DNA from: Camelus dromedarius
Lineage: Eukaryota
Assembly (NCBI RefSeq): GCF_036321535.1
Contig: NC_087436.1
Location: 1,364,001-1,428,000, forward strand
DNA: 64,000 nt
Direction of reading: 5' to 3'
The translations under genes and the position numbers were made by a program. Shown piece by piece: positions 24,601 through 36,593 of this stretch (position 1 is the stretch's first letter; each line of letters opens with the position of its first letter). The notes beneath the pieces were generated by a model. That model saw only the letters and a list, made by a program, of their open reading frames with translations. It made no database searches and was not told the DNA's origin.

Positions 24601-27600
24601 CCTCCCCATATATATGTATGGAATTGATTTGGCAACTGAAAAGAAACTTTGTGTTCCCAACAAGGTAGTTGAAGGACGGCTTTCACACACACTTATCTCT
24701 CAGAACTGAGCAAGTGGAGAGACGTTCTTTTATGTAGCACCAAGGGAAGGGGTTGCAGGAGACACTTTTTCTCTGCTTCCTCAGTCTCTTTCCTAGTGCC
24801 GGTTTGAAGTTCCTGCAGTTTTCACTGTAAAATTGAGTTGGAGCTTGTACCTCCCCATATATATGTATGGAATGGAGTTTGCAACTGAAAAGGAACTTTG
24901 TGTTCCCAACAAGCTAGGTGAAGGATGGCTTTCACACACATTTATCTCTCAGAACTGAGCAAGTGGAGAGACGTTCGTTCATGTAGCACCAAGGGAACGG
25001 GTTGCAGGAGACACTTTTTCTCTGCTTTCTCAGTCTGTTTCCTAGTGCCTGTTAGAAGTTCCTGCAGTTTTCACTGTGAATCAGTGTTGGAGCTAGTACC
25101 TCCCCATATATATGTATGGAATGGAGTTTGCAACTGAAAAGAAACTTTGTGTTCCCAACAAGCTAGGTGAAGGACGGCTTTCACACACACTTATCTCTCA
25201 GAACTGAGCAAGTGGAGAGACGTTCGTTCATCTAGCACCAAGGGAACGGGTTGCAGGTGACACTTTTTCTCTGCTTTCTCAGTCTATTTCCTAGTGCCGT
25301 TTTGAAGTTCCTGCAGTTTTCACTGTCTAAACCGTTTTGGAGCTAGTACCTCCCCATATATATTTATGGAATGGAGTTTGCAACTGAAAAGAAACTTTGT
25401 GTTCCCAACAAGCTAGTTGAAGGACGGCTTTCACACACACATATCTCTCAGAACTGAGCAAGTGGAGAGACGTTCGTTCATCTAGCACCAAGGGAACGGG
25501 TTGCAGGTGACACGTTTTCTCTGCTTCCTCAGTCTGTTTCCTAGTGCCGGTTTGAAGTTCGTGCAGTTTTCACTGTAAAACCGAGTTGGAGCTTGTACCT
25601 CCCCATATATATGTATGGAATGGAGTTTGCAACTGAAAAGAAACTTTGTGTTCCCAACAAGCTAGGTGAAGGACGGCTTTCACACACACTTATCTCTCAG
25701 AACTGAGCAAGTGGAGAGACGTTCGTTCATCCAGCACCAAGGGAACGGGTTGCAGGAGACACGTTTTCTCGGCTTTCTCAGTCTGTTTCCTAGTGCCGGT
25801 TTGAAGTTCCTGCAGTTATCACTGTAAAACCGAGTTGGAGCTTGTACCTCCCCATATATATGTATGGAATGGAGTTTGCAACTGAAAAGAAACTTTGTGT
25901 TCCCAACAAGCTAGTTGAAGGACGGCTTTCACACACACATATCTCTCAGAACTGAGCAAGTGGAGAGACGTTCGTTCATGTAGCACCAAGGGAACGGGTT
26001 GCAGGAGACACATTTTCTCTGCTTTCTCAGTCTGTTTCCTAGTGCCTGTTAGAAGTTCCTGCAGTTTTCACTGTCAAACCGAGTTGGAGCTAGTACCTCC
26101 CCATATATATGTATGGAATGGAGTTTGCAACTGAAAAGAAACTTTGTGTTCCCAACAAGCTAGGTGAAGGACGGCTTTCACACACACTTATCTCTCAGAA
26201 CTGAGCAAGTGGAGAGACGTTCGTTCATCTAGCACCAAGGGAACGGGTTGCAGGTGACACTTTTTCTCTGCTTTCTCAGTCTATTTCCTAGTGCCGTTTT
26301 GAAGTTCCTGCAGTTTTCACTGTCAAACCGTGTTGGAGCTAGTACCTCCCCTTATATATGTATGAATGGACTTGGCAACTGAAAAGAAACTTTGTGTTCC
26401 CAACAAGCTAGGTGAAGGACGGCTTTCACACACACTTATCTCTCAGAACTGAGCAAGTGGAGAGACGTTCGTTCATCTAGCACCAAGGGAACGGGTTGCA
26501 GGAGACACTTTTTCTCTGCTTTCTCAGTGTGTTTCCTAGTGCCGGTTTGAAGTTCCTGCAGTTTTCACTGTAAAACCGAGTTGGAGCTAGTACCTCCCCA
26601 TATATATGTATGGAATGGAGTTTGCAACTGAAAAGAAACTTTGTGTTCCCAACAAGCTAGTTGAAGGACGGCTTTCACACACACTTATCTCTCAGAACTG
26701 AGCAAGTGGAGAGAAGTTCGTTCATCTAGCACCAAGGGAACGGGTTGCAGGAGACACTTTTTCTCTGCTTTCTCAGTCTGTTTCCTAGTGCCGGTTTGAA
26801 GTTCCTGCAATTTTCACTGTCAAACCGAGTTGGAGCTAGAACCTCCCCATATATATGTATGGAATTGATTTGGCAACTGAAAAGAAACTTTGTGTTCCCA
26901 ACAAGGTAGTTGAAGGACGGCTTTCACACACACTTATCTCTCAGAACTGAGCAAGTGGAGAGACGTTCTTTTATGTAGCACCAAGGGAAGGGGTTGCAGG
27001 AGACACTTTTTCTCTGCTTCCTCAGTCTCTTTCCTAGTGCCGGTTTGAAGTTCCTGCAGTTTTAACTGTAAAATCGAGTTGGAGCTTGTACCTCCCCATA
27101 TATATGTATGGTATGGAGTTTGCAACTGAAAAGAAACTTTGTGTTCCCAACAAGCTAGGTGAAGGACGGCTTTCACACACATTTATCTCTCAGAACTGAG
27201 CAAGTGGAGAGACGTTCGTTCATCCAGCACCAAGGGAACGGGTTGCAGGAGACACGTTTTCTCGGCTTTCTCAGTCTGTTTCCTAGTGCCGGTTTGAAGT
27301 TCCTGCAGTTATCACTGTAAAACCGAGTTGGAGCTTGTACCTCCCCATATATATGTATGGAATGGAGTTTGCAACTGAAAAGAAACTTTGTGTTCCCAAC
27401 AAGCTAGGTGAAGGACGGCTTTCACACACACATATCTCTCAGAACTGAGCAAGTGGAGAGACGTTCGTTCATCTAGCACCAAGGGAACGGGTTGCAGGAG
27501 ACACTTTTTCTCTGCTTTCTCAGTGTGTTTCCTAGTGCCGGTTTGAAGTTCCTGCAGTTTTCACTGTAAAACCGAGTTGGAGCTAGTACCTCCCCATATA

Positions 27601-28880
27601 TATGTATGGAATGGAGTTTGCAACTGAAAAGAAACTTTGTGTTCCCAACAAGCTAGTTGAAGGACGGCTTTCACACACACTTATCTCTCAGAACTGAGCA
27701 AGTGGAGAGAAGTTCGTTCATCTAGCACCAAGGGAACGGGTTGCAGGAGACACTTTTTCTCTGCTTTCTCAGTCTGTTTCCTAGTGCCAGTTTGAAGTTC
27801 CTGCAGTTTTCACTGTCAAACCGAGTTGGAGCTAGAACCTCCCCATATATATGTATGGAATTGATTTGGCAACTGAAAAGAAACTTTGTGTTCCCAACAA
27901 GGTAGTTGAAGGACGGCTTTCACACACACTTATCTCTCAGAACTGAGCAAGTGGAGAGACGTTCTTTTATGTAGCACCAAGGGAAGGGGTTGCAGGAGAC
28001 ACTTTTTCTCTGCTTCCTCAGTCTCTTTCCTAGTGCCGGTTTGAAGTTCCTGCAGTTTTCACTGTAAAATCGAGTTGGAGCTTGTACCTCCCCATATATA
28101 TGTATGGAATGGAGTTTGCAACTGAAAAGGAACTTTGTGTTCCCAACAAGCTAGGTGAAGGACGGCTTTCACACACATTTATCTCTCAGAACTGAGCAAG
28201 TGGAGAGACGTTCGTTCATGTAGCACCAAGGGAACGGGTTGCAGGAGACACTTTTTCTCTGCTTTCTCAGTCTGTTTCCTAGTGCCTGTTAGAAGTTCCT
28301 GCAGTTTTCACTGTGAATCAGTGTTGGAGCTAGTACCTCCCCATATATATGTATGGAATGGAGTTTGCAACTGAAAAGAAACTTTGTGTTCCCAACAAGC
28401 TAGGTGAAGGACGGCTTTCACACACACTTATCTCTCAGAACTGAGCAAGTGGAGAGACGTTCGTTCATCTAGCACCAAGGGAACGGGTTGCAGGTGACAC
28501 TTTTTCTCTGCTTTCTCAGTCTATTTCCTAGTGCCGTTTTGAAGTTCCTGCAGTTTTCACTGTCAAACCGTTTTGGAGCTAGTACCTCCCCATATATATT
28601 TATGGAATGGAATTTGCAACTGAAAAGAAACTTTGTGTTCCCAACAAGCTAGTTGAAGGACGGTTTTCACACACACATATCTCTCAGAACTGAGCAAGTG
28701 GAGAGACGTTCGTTCATCTAGCACCAAGGGAACGGGTTGCAGGTGACACTTTTTCTCTGCTTCCTCAGTCTGTTTCCTAGTGCCGGTTTGAAGTTCGTGC
28801 AGTTTTCACTGTAAAACCGAGTTGGAGCTTGTACCTCCCCATATATATGTATGGAATGGAGTTTGCAACTGAAAAGAAAC

Positions 28881-31800
28881 TTTGTGTTCCCAACAAGCTA
28901 GGTGAAGGACGGCTTTCACACACATTTATCTCTCAGAACTGAGCAAGTGGAGAGACGTTCGTTCATCCAGCACCAAGGGAACGGGTTGCAGGAGACACGT
29001 TTTCTCTGCTTTCTCAGTCTGTTTCCTAGTGCCGGTTTGAAGTTCCTGCAGTTATCACCGAAAAACCGAGTTGGAGCTTGTACCTACCCATATATATGTA
29101 TGGAATGGAGTTTGCAACTGAAAAGAAACTTTGTGTTCCCAACAAGCTAGGTGAAGGACGGCTTTCACACACACATATCTCTCAGAACTGAGCAAGTGGA
29201 GAGACGTTCGTTCATCTAGCACCAAGGGAACGGGTTGCAGGAGACACTTTTTCTCTGCTTTCTCAGTGTGTTTCCTAGTGCCGGTTTGAAGTTCCTGCAG
29301 TTTTCACTGTAAAACCGAGTTGGAGCTAGTACCTCCCCATATATATGTATGGAATGGAGTTTGCAACTGAAAAGAAACTTTGTGTTCCCAACAAGCTAGT
29401 TGAAGGACGGCTTTCACACACACTTATCTCTCAGAACTGAGCAAGTGGAGAGACGTTCGTTCATGTAGCACCAAGGGAACGGGTTGCAGGAGACACATTT
29501 TCTCTGCTTTCTCAGTCTGTTTCCTAGTGCCTGTTAGAAGTTCCTGCAGTTTTCACTGTCAAACCGAGTTGGAGCTAGTACCTCCCCATATATATGTATG
29601 GAATGGAGTTTGCAACTGAAAAGAAACTTTGTGTTCCCAACAAGCTAGGTGAAGGACGGCTTTCACACACACTTATCTCTCAGAACTGAGCAAGTGGAGA
29701 GACGTTCGTTCATCTAGCACCAAGGGAACGGGTTGCAGGTGACACTTTTTCTCTGCTTTCTCAGTCTATTTCCTAGTGCCGTTTTGAAGTTCCTGCAGTT
29801 TTCACTGTCAAACCGTGTTGGAGCTAGTACCTCCCCTTATATATGTATGAATGGACTTGGCAACTGAAAAGAAACTTTGTGTTCCCAACAAGCTAGGTGA
29901 AGGACGGCTTTCACACACACTTATCTCTCAGAACTGAGCAAGTGGAGAGACGTTCGTTCATCTAGCACCAAGGGAACGGGTTGCAGGAGACACTTTTTCT
30001 CTGCTTTCTCAGTGTGTTTCCTAGTGCCGGTTTGAAGTTCCTGCAGTTTTCACTGTAAAACCGAGTTGGAGCTAGTACCTCCCCATATATATGTATGGAA
30101 TGGAGTTTGCAACTGAAAAGAAACTTTGTGTTCCCAACAAGCTAGGTGAAGGACGGCTTTCACACACACTTATCTCTCAGAACTGAGCAAGTGGAGAGAA
30201 GTTCGTTCATCTAGCACCAAGGGAACGGGTTGCAGGAGACACTTTTTCTCTGCTTTCTCAGTCTGTTTCCTAGTGCCGGTTTGAAGTTCCTGCAATTTTC
30301 ACTGTCAAACCGAGTTGGAGCTAGAACCTCCCCATATATATGTATGGAATTGATTTGGCAACTGAAAAGAAACTTTGTGTTCCCAACAAGGTAGTTGAAG
30401 GACGGCTTTCACACACACTTATCTCTCAGAACTGAGCAAGTGGAGAGACGTTCTTTTATGTAGCACCAAGGGAAGGGGTTGCAGGAGACACTTTTTCTCT
30501 GCTTCCTCAGTCTCTTTCCTAGTGCCGGTTTGAAGTTCCTGCAGTTTTAACTGTAAAATCGAGTTGGAGCTTGTACCTCCCCATATATATGTATGGTATG
30601 GAGTTTGCAACTGAAAAGAAACTTTGTGTTCCCAACAAGCTAGGTGAAGGACGGCTTTCACACACATTTATCTCTCAGAACTGAGCAAGTGGAGAGACGT
30701 TCGTTCATCCAGCACCAAGGGAACGGGTTGCAGGAGACACGTTTTCTCGGCTTTCTCAGTCTGTTTCCTAGTGCCGGTTTGAAGTTCCTGCAGTTATCAC
30801 TGTAAAACCGAGTTGGAGCTTGTACCTCCCCATATATATGTATGGAATGGAGTTTGCAACTGAAAAGAAACTTTGTGTTCCCAACAAGCTAGGTGAAGGA
30901 CGGCTTTCACACACACATATCTCTCAGAACTGAGCAAGTGGAGAGACGTTCGTTCATCTAGCACCAAGGGAACGGGTTGCAGGAGACACTTTTTCTCTGC
31001 TTTCTCAGTGTGTTTCCTAGTGCCGGTTTGAAGTTCCTGCAGTTTTCACTGTAAAACCGAGTTGGAGCTAGTACCTCCCCATATATATGTATGGAATGGA
31101 GTTTGCAACTGAAAAGAAACTTTGTGTTCCCAACAAGCTAGGTGAAGGACGGCTTTCACACACACTTATCTCTCAGAACTGAGCAAGTGGAGAGACGTTC
31201 GTTCATGTAGCACCAAGGGAACGGGTTGCAGGAGACACATTTTCTCTGCTTTCTCAGTCTGTTTCCTAGTGCCTGTTAGAAGTTCCTGCAGTTTTCACTG
31301 TCAAACCGAGTTGGAGCTAGTACCTCCCCATATATATGTATGGAATGGAGTTTGCAACTGAAAAGAAACTTTGTGTTCCCAACAAGCTAGGTGAAGGACG
31401 GCTTTCACACACACTTATCTCTCAGAACTGAGCAAGTGGAGAGACGTTCGTTCATCTAGCACCAAGGGAACGGGTTGCAGGTGACACTTTTTCTCTGCTT
31501 TCTCAGTCTATTTCCTAGTGCCGTTTTGAAGTTCCTGCAGTTTTCACTCTCAAACCAAGTTGGAGCTAGTACCTCCCCATATATATGTATGGAATTGAGT
31601 TGGCAACTGAAAAGAAACTTTGTGTTCCCAACAATCTAGGTGAAGGACGGCTTTCACACACACTTATCTCTCAGAACTGAGCAAGTGGAGAGACGTTCTT
31701 TCATGTAGCACCAAGGGAACGGGTTGCAGGAGACACTTTTTCTCTGCTTCCTCAGTATGTTTCCTAGTGCCGGTTTGAAGTTCCTGCAGTTTTCACTGTA

Positions 31801-34800
31801 AAACCGAGTTGGAGCTTCTACCTCCCCATATATATGTATGGAATGGAGTTTGCAACTGAAAAGAAACTTTGTGTTCCCAACAAGCTAGGTGAAGAGCGGC
31901 TTTCACACACACTTATCTCTCAGAACTGAGCAAGTGGAGAGACGTTCGTTCATCTAGCACCAAGGGAACGGGTTGCAGGAGACACTTTTTCTCTGCTTTC
32001 TCAGTCTGTTTCCTAGTGCCGGTTTGAAGTTCCTGCAGTTTTCACTGTGAAACCGAGTTGGAGCTTCTACCTCCCCATATATATGTATGGAATGGAGTTT
32101 GCAACTGAAAAGAAACTTTGTGTTCCCAACAAGCTAGGTGAAGGACGGCTTTCACACACACTTATCTCTCAGAACTGAGCAAGTGGAGAGACGTTCGTTC
32201 ATCTAGCACCAAGGGAACGGGTTGCAGGAGACACTTTTTCTCTGTTTTCTCAGTCTGTTTCCTAGTGCCGGTTTGAAGTTCCTGCAGTTTTCACTGTGAA
32301 TCAGAGTTGGAGCTTCTACCTCCCCATATATATGTATGGAATGGAGTTTGCAACTGAAAGTAACTTTGTGTTCCTTACAAGCAAGGTGAAGGACGGCTTT
32401 CACACACACTTATCTCTCAGAACTGAGCAAGTGGAGAGACGTTCGTTCATCTAGCACCAAGGAACGGGTTGCAGGAGACACTTTTTCTCTGCTTTCTCAG
32501 TCTGTTTCCTAGTGCCGGTTTGAAGTTCCTGCAGTTTTCACTGTCAAACCGAGTTGGAGCTAGTACCTCCCCATATATATGTATGGAATGGAGTTTGCAA
32601 CTGAAAAGAAACTTTGTGTTCCCAACAAGCTAGGTGAAGGACGGCTTTCACACACATTTATCTCTCAGAACTGAGCAAGTGGAGAGACGTTCGTTCATCC
32701 AGCACCAAGGGAACGGGTTGCAGGAGACACGTTTTCTCTGCTTTCTCAGTCTGTTTCCTAGTGCCGGTTTGAAGTTCCTGCAGTTATCACCGAAAAACCG
32801 AGTTGGAGCTTGTACCTACCCATATATATGTATGGAATGGAGTTTGCAACTGAAAAGAAACTTTGTGTTCCCAACAAGCTAGGTGAAGGACGGCTTTCAC
32901 ACACATTTATCTCTCAGAACTGAGCAAGTGGAGAGACGTTCGTTCATCCAGCACCAAGGGAACGGGTTGCAGGAGACACGTTTTCTCTGCTTTCTCAGTC
33001 TGTTTCCTAGTGCCGGTTTGAAGTTCCTGCAGTTATCACCGAAAAACCGAGTTGGAGCTTGTACCTACCCATATATATGTATGGAATGGAGTTTGCAACT
33101 GAAAAGAAACTTTGTGTTCCCAACAAGCTAGGTGAAGGACGGCTTTCACACACACATATCTCTCAGAACTGAGCAAGTGGAGAGACGTTCGTTCATCTAG
33201 CACCAAGGGAACGGGTTGCAGGAGACACTTTTTCTCTGCTTTCTCAGTGTGTTTCCTAGTGCCGGTTTGAAGTTCCTGCAGTTTTCACTGTAAAACCGAG
33301 TTGGAGCTAGTACCTCCCCATATATATGTATGGAATGGAGTTTGCAACTGAAAAGAAACTTTGTGTTCCCAACAAGCTAGTTGAAGGACGGCTTTCACAC
33401 ACACTTATCTCTCAGAACTGAGCAAGTGGAGAGACGTTCGTTCATGTAGCACCAAGGGAACGGGTTGCAGGAGACACATTTTCTCTGCTTTCTCAGTCTG
33501 TTTCCTAGTGCCTGTTAGAAGTTCCTGCAGTTTTCACTGTCAAACCGAGTTGGAGCTAGTACCTCCCCATATATATGTATGGAATGGAGTTTGCAACTGA
33601 AAAGAAACTTTGTGTTCCCAACAAGCTAGGTGAAGGACGGCTTTCACACACACTTATCTCTCAGAACTGAGCAAGTGGAGAGACGTTCGTTCATCTAGCA
33701 CCAAGGGAACGGGTTGCAGGTGACACTTTTTCTCTGCTTTCTCAGTCTATTTCCTAGTGCCGTTTTGAAGTTCCTGCAGTTTTCACTGTCAAACCGTGTT
33801 GGAGCTAGTACCTCCCCTTATATATGTATGAATGGACTTGGCAACTGAAAAGAAACTTTGTGTTCCCAACAAGCTAGGTGAAGGACGGCTTTCACACACA
33901 CTTATCTCTCAGAACTGAGCAAGTGGAGAGACGTTCGTTCATCTAGCACCAAGGGAACGGGTTGCAGGAGACACTTTTTCTCTGCTTTCTCAGTGTGTTT
34001 CCTAGTGCCGGTTTGAAGTTCCTGCAGTTTTCACTGTAAAACCGAGTTGGAGCTAGTACCTCCCCATATATATGTATGGAATGGAGTTTGCAACTGAAAA
34101 GAAACTTTGTGTTCCCAACAAGCTAGGTGAAGGACGGCTTTCACACACACTTATCTCTCAGAACTGAGCAAGTGGAGAGAAGTTCGTTCATCTAGCACCA
34201 AGGGAACGGGTTGCAGGAGACACTTTTTCTCTGCTTTCTCAGTCTGTTTCCTAGTGCCGGTTTGAAGTTCCTGCAATTTTCACTGTCAAACCGAGTTGGA
34301 GCTAGAACCTCCCCATATATATGTATGGAATTGATTTGGCAACTGAAAAGAAACTTTGTGTTCCCAACAAGGTAGTTGAAGGACGGCTTTCACACACACT
34401 TATCTCTCAGAACTGAGCAAGTGGAGAGACGTTCTTTTATGTAGCACCAAGGGAAGGGGTTGCAGGAGACACTTTTTCTCTGCTTCCTCAGTCTCTTTCC
34501 TAGTGCCGGTTTGAAGTTCCTGCAGTTTTAACTGTAAAATCGAGTTGGAGCTTGTACCTCCCCATATATATGTATGGTATGGAGTTTGCAACTGAAAAGA
34601 AACTTTGTGTTCCCAACAAGCTAGGTGAAGGACGGCTTTCACACACATTTATCTCTCAGAACTGAGCAAGTGGAGAGACGTTCGTTCATCCAGCACCAAG
34701 GGAACGGGTTGCAGGAGACACGTTTTCTCGGCTTTCTCAGTCTGTTTCCTAGTGCCGGTTTGAAGTTCCTGCAGTTATCACTGTAAAACCGAGTTGGAGC

Positions 34801-36593
34801 TTGTACCTCCCCATATATATGTATGGAATGGAGTTTGCAACTGAAAAGAAACTTTGTGTTCCCAACAAGCTAGGTGAAGGACGGCTTTCACACACACATA
34901 TCTCTCAGAACTGAGCAAGTGGAGAGACGTTCGTTCATCTAGCACCAAGGGAACGGGTTGCAGGAGACACTTTTTCTCTGCTTTCTCAGTGTGTTTCCTA
35001 GTGCCGGTTTGAAGTTCCTGCAGTTTTCACTGTAAAACCGAGTTGGAGCTAGTACCTCCCCATATATATGTATGGAATGGAGTTTGCAACTGAAAAGAAA
35101 CTTTGTGTTCCCAACAAGCTAGGTGAAGGACGGCTTTCACACACACTTATCTCTCAGAACTGAGCAAGTGGAGAGACGTTCGTTCATGTAGCACCAAGGG
35201 AACGGGTTGCAGGAGACACATTTTCTCTGCTTTCTCAGTCTGTTTCCTAGTGCCTGTTAGAAGTTCCTGCAGTTTTCACTGTCAAACCGAGTTGGAGCTA
35301 GTACCTCCCCATATATATGTATGGAATGGAGTTTGCAACTGAAAAGAAACTTTGTGTTCCCAACAAGCTAGGTGAAGGACGGCTTTCACACACACTTATC
35401 TCTCAGAACTGAGCAAGTGGAGAGACGTTCGTTCATCTAGCACCAAGGGAACGGGTTGCAGGTGACACTTTTTCTCTGCTTTCTCAGTCTATTTCCTAGT
35501 GCCGTTTTGAAGTTCCTGCAGTTTTCACTCTCAAACCAAGTTGGAGCTAGTACCTCCCCATATATATGTATGGAATTGAGTTGGCAACTGAAAAGAAACT
35601 TTGTGTTCCCAACAATCTAGGTGAAGGACGGCTTTCACACACACTTATCTCTCAGAACTGAGCAAGTGGAGAGACGTTCTTTCATGTAGCACCAAGGGAA
35701 CGGGTTGCAGGAGACACTTTTTCTCTGCTTCCTCAGTATGTTTCCTAGTGCCGGTTTGAAGTTCCTGCAGTTTTCACTGTAAAACCGAGTTGGAGCTTCT
35801 ACCTCCCCATATATATGTATGGAATGGAGTTTGCAACTGAAAAGAAACTTTGTGTTCCCAACAAGCTAGGTGAAGAGCGGCTTTCACACACACTTATCTC
35901 TCAGAACTGAGCAAGTGGAGAGACGTTCGTTCATCTAGCACCAAGGGAACGGGTTGCAGGAGACACTTTTTCTCTGCTTTCTCAGTCTGTTTCCTAGTGC
36001 CGGTTTGAAGTTCCTGCAGTTTTCACTGTGAAACCGAGTTGGAGCTTCTACCTCCCCATATATATGTATGGAATGGAGTTTGCAACTGAAAAGAAACTTT
36101 GTGTTCCCAACAAGCTAGGTGAAGGACGGCTTTCACACACACTTATCTCTCAGAACTGAGCAAGTGGAGAGACGTTCGTTCATCTAGCACCAAGGGAACG
36201 GGTTGCAGGAGACACTTTTTCTCTGTTTTCTCAGTCTGTTTCCTAGTGCCGGTTTGAAGTTCCTGCAGTTTTCACTGTGAATCAGAGTTGGAGCTTCTAC
36301 CTCCCCATATATATGTATGGAATGGAGTTTGCAACTGAAAGTAACTTTGTGTTCCTTACAAGCAAGGTGAAGGACGGCTTTCACACACACTTATCTCTCA
36401 GAACTGAGCAAGTGGAGAGACGTTCGTTCATCTAGCACCAAGGAACGGGTTGCAGGAGACACTTTTTCTCTGCTTTCTCAGTCTGTTTCCTAGTGCCGGT
36501 TTGAAGTTCCTGCAGTTTTCACTGTCAAACCGAGTTGGAGCTAGTACCTCCCCATATATAAGTATGGAATGGAGTTTGCAACTGAAAAGAAAC
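28881..36593. repeat. Tandem duplication of a 15-monomer block (3732 bp) with one extra monomer at the junction (3981-bp offset)
   Basis: A monomer carrying TTATCACCGAAAAA and CCTACCC starts at 28881, 32613 and 32862. Three 1-bp deletions (~29849, ~32360, ~32461) recur at +3981. ORF pairs 30419/34400 and 32203/36184 are identical. Confidence 0.92.
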
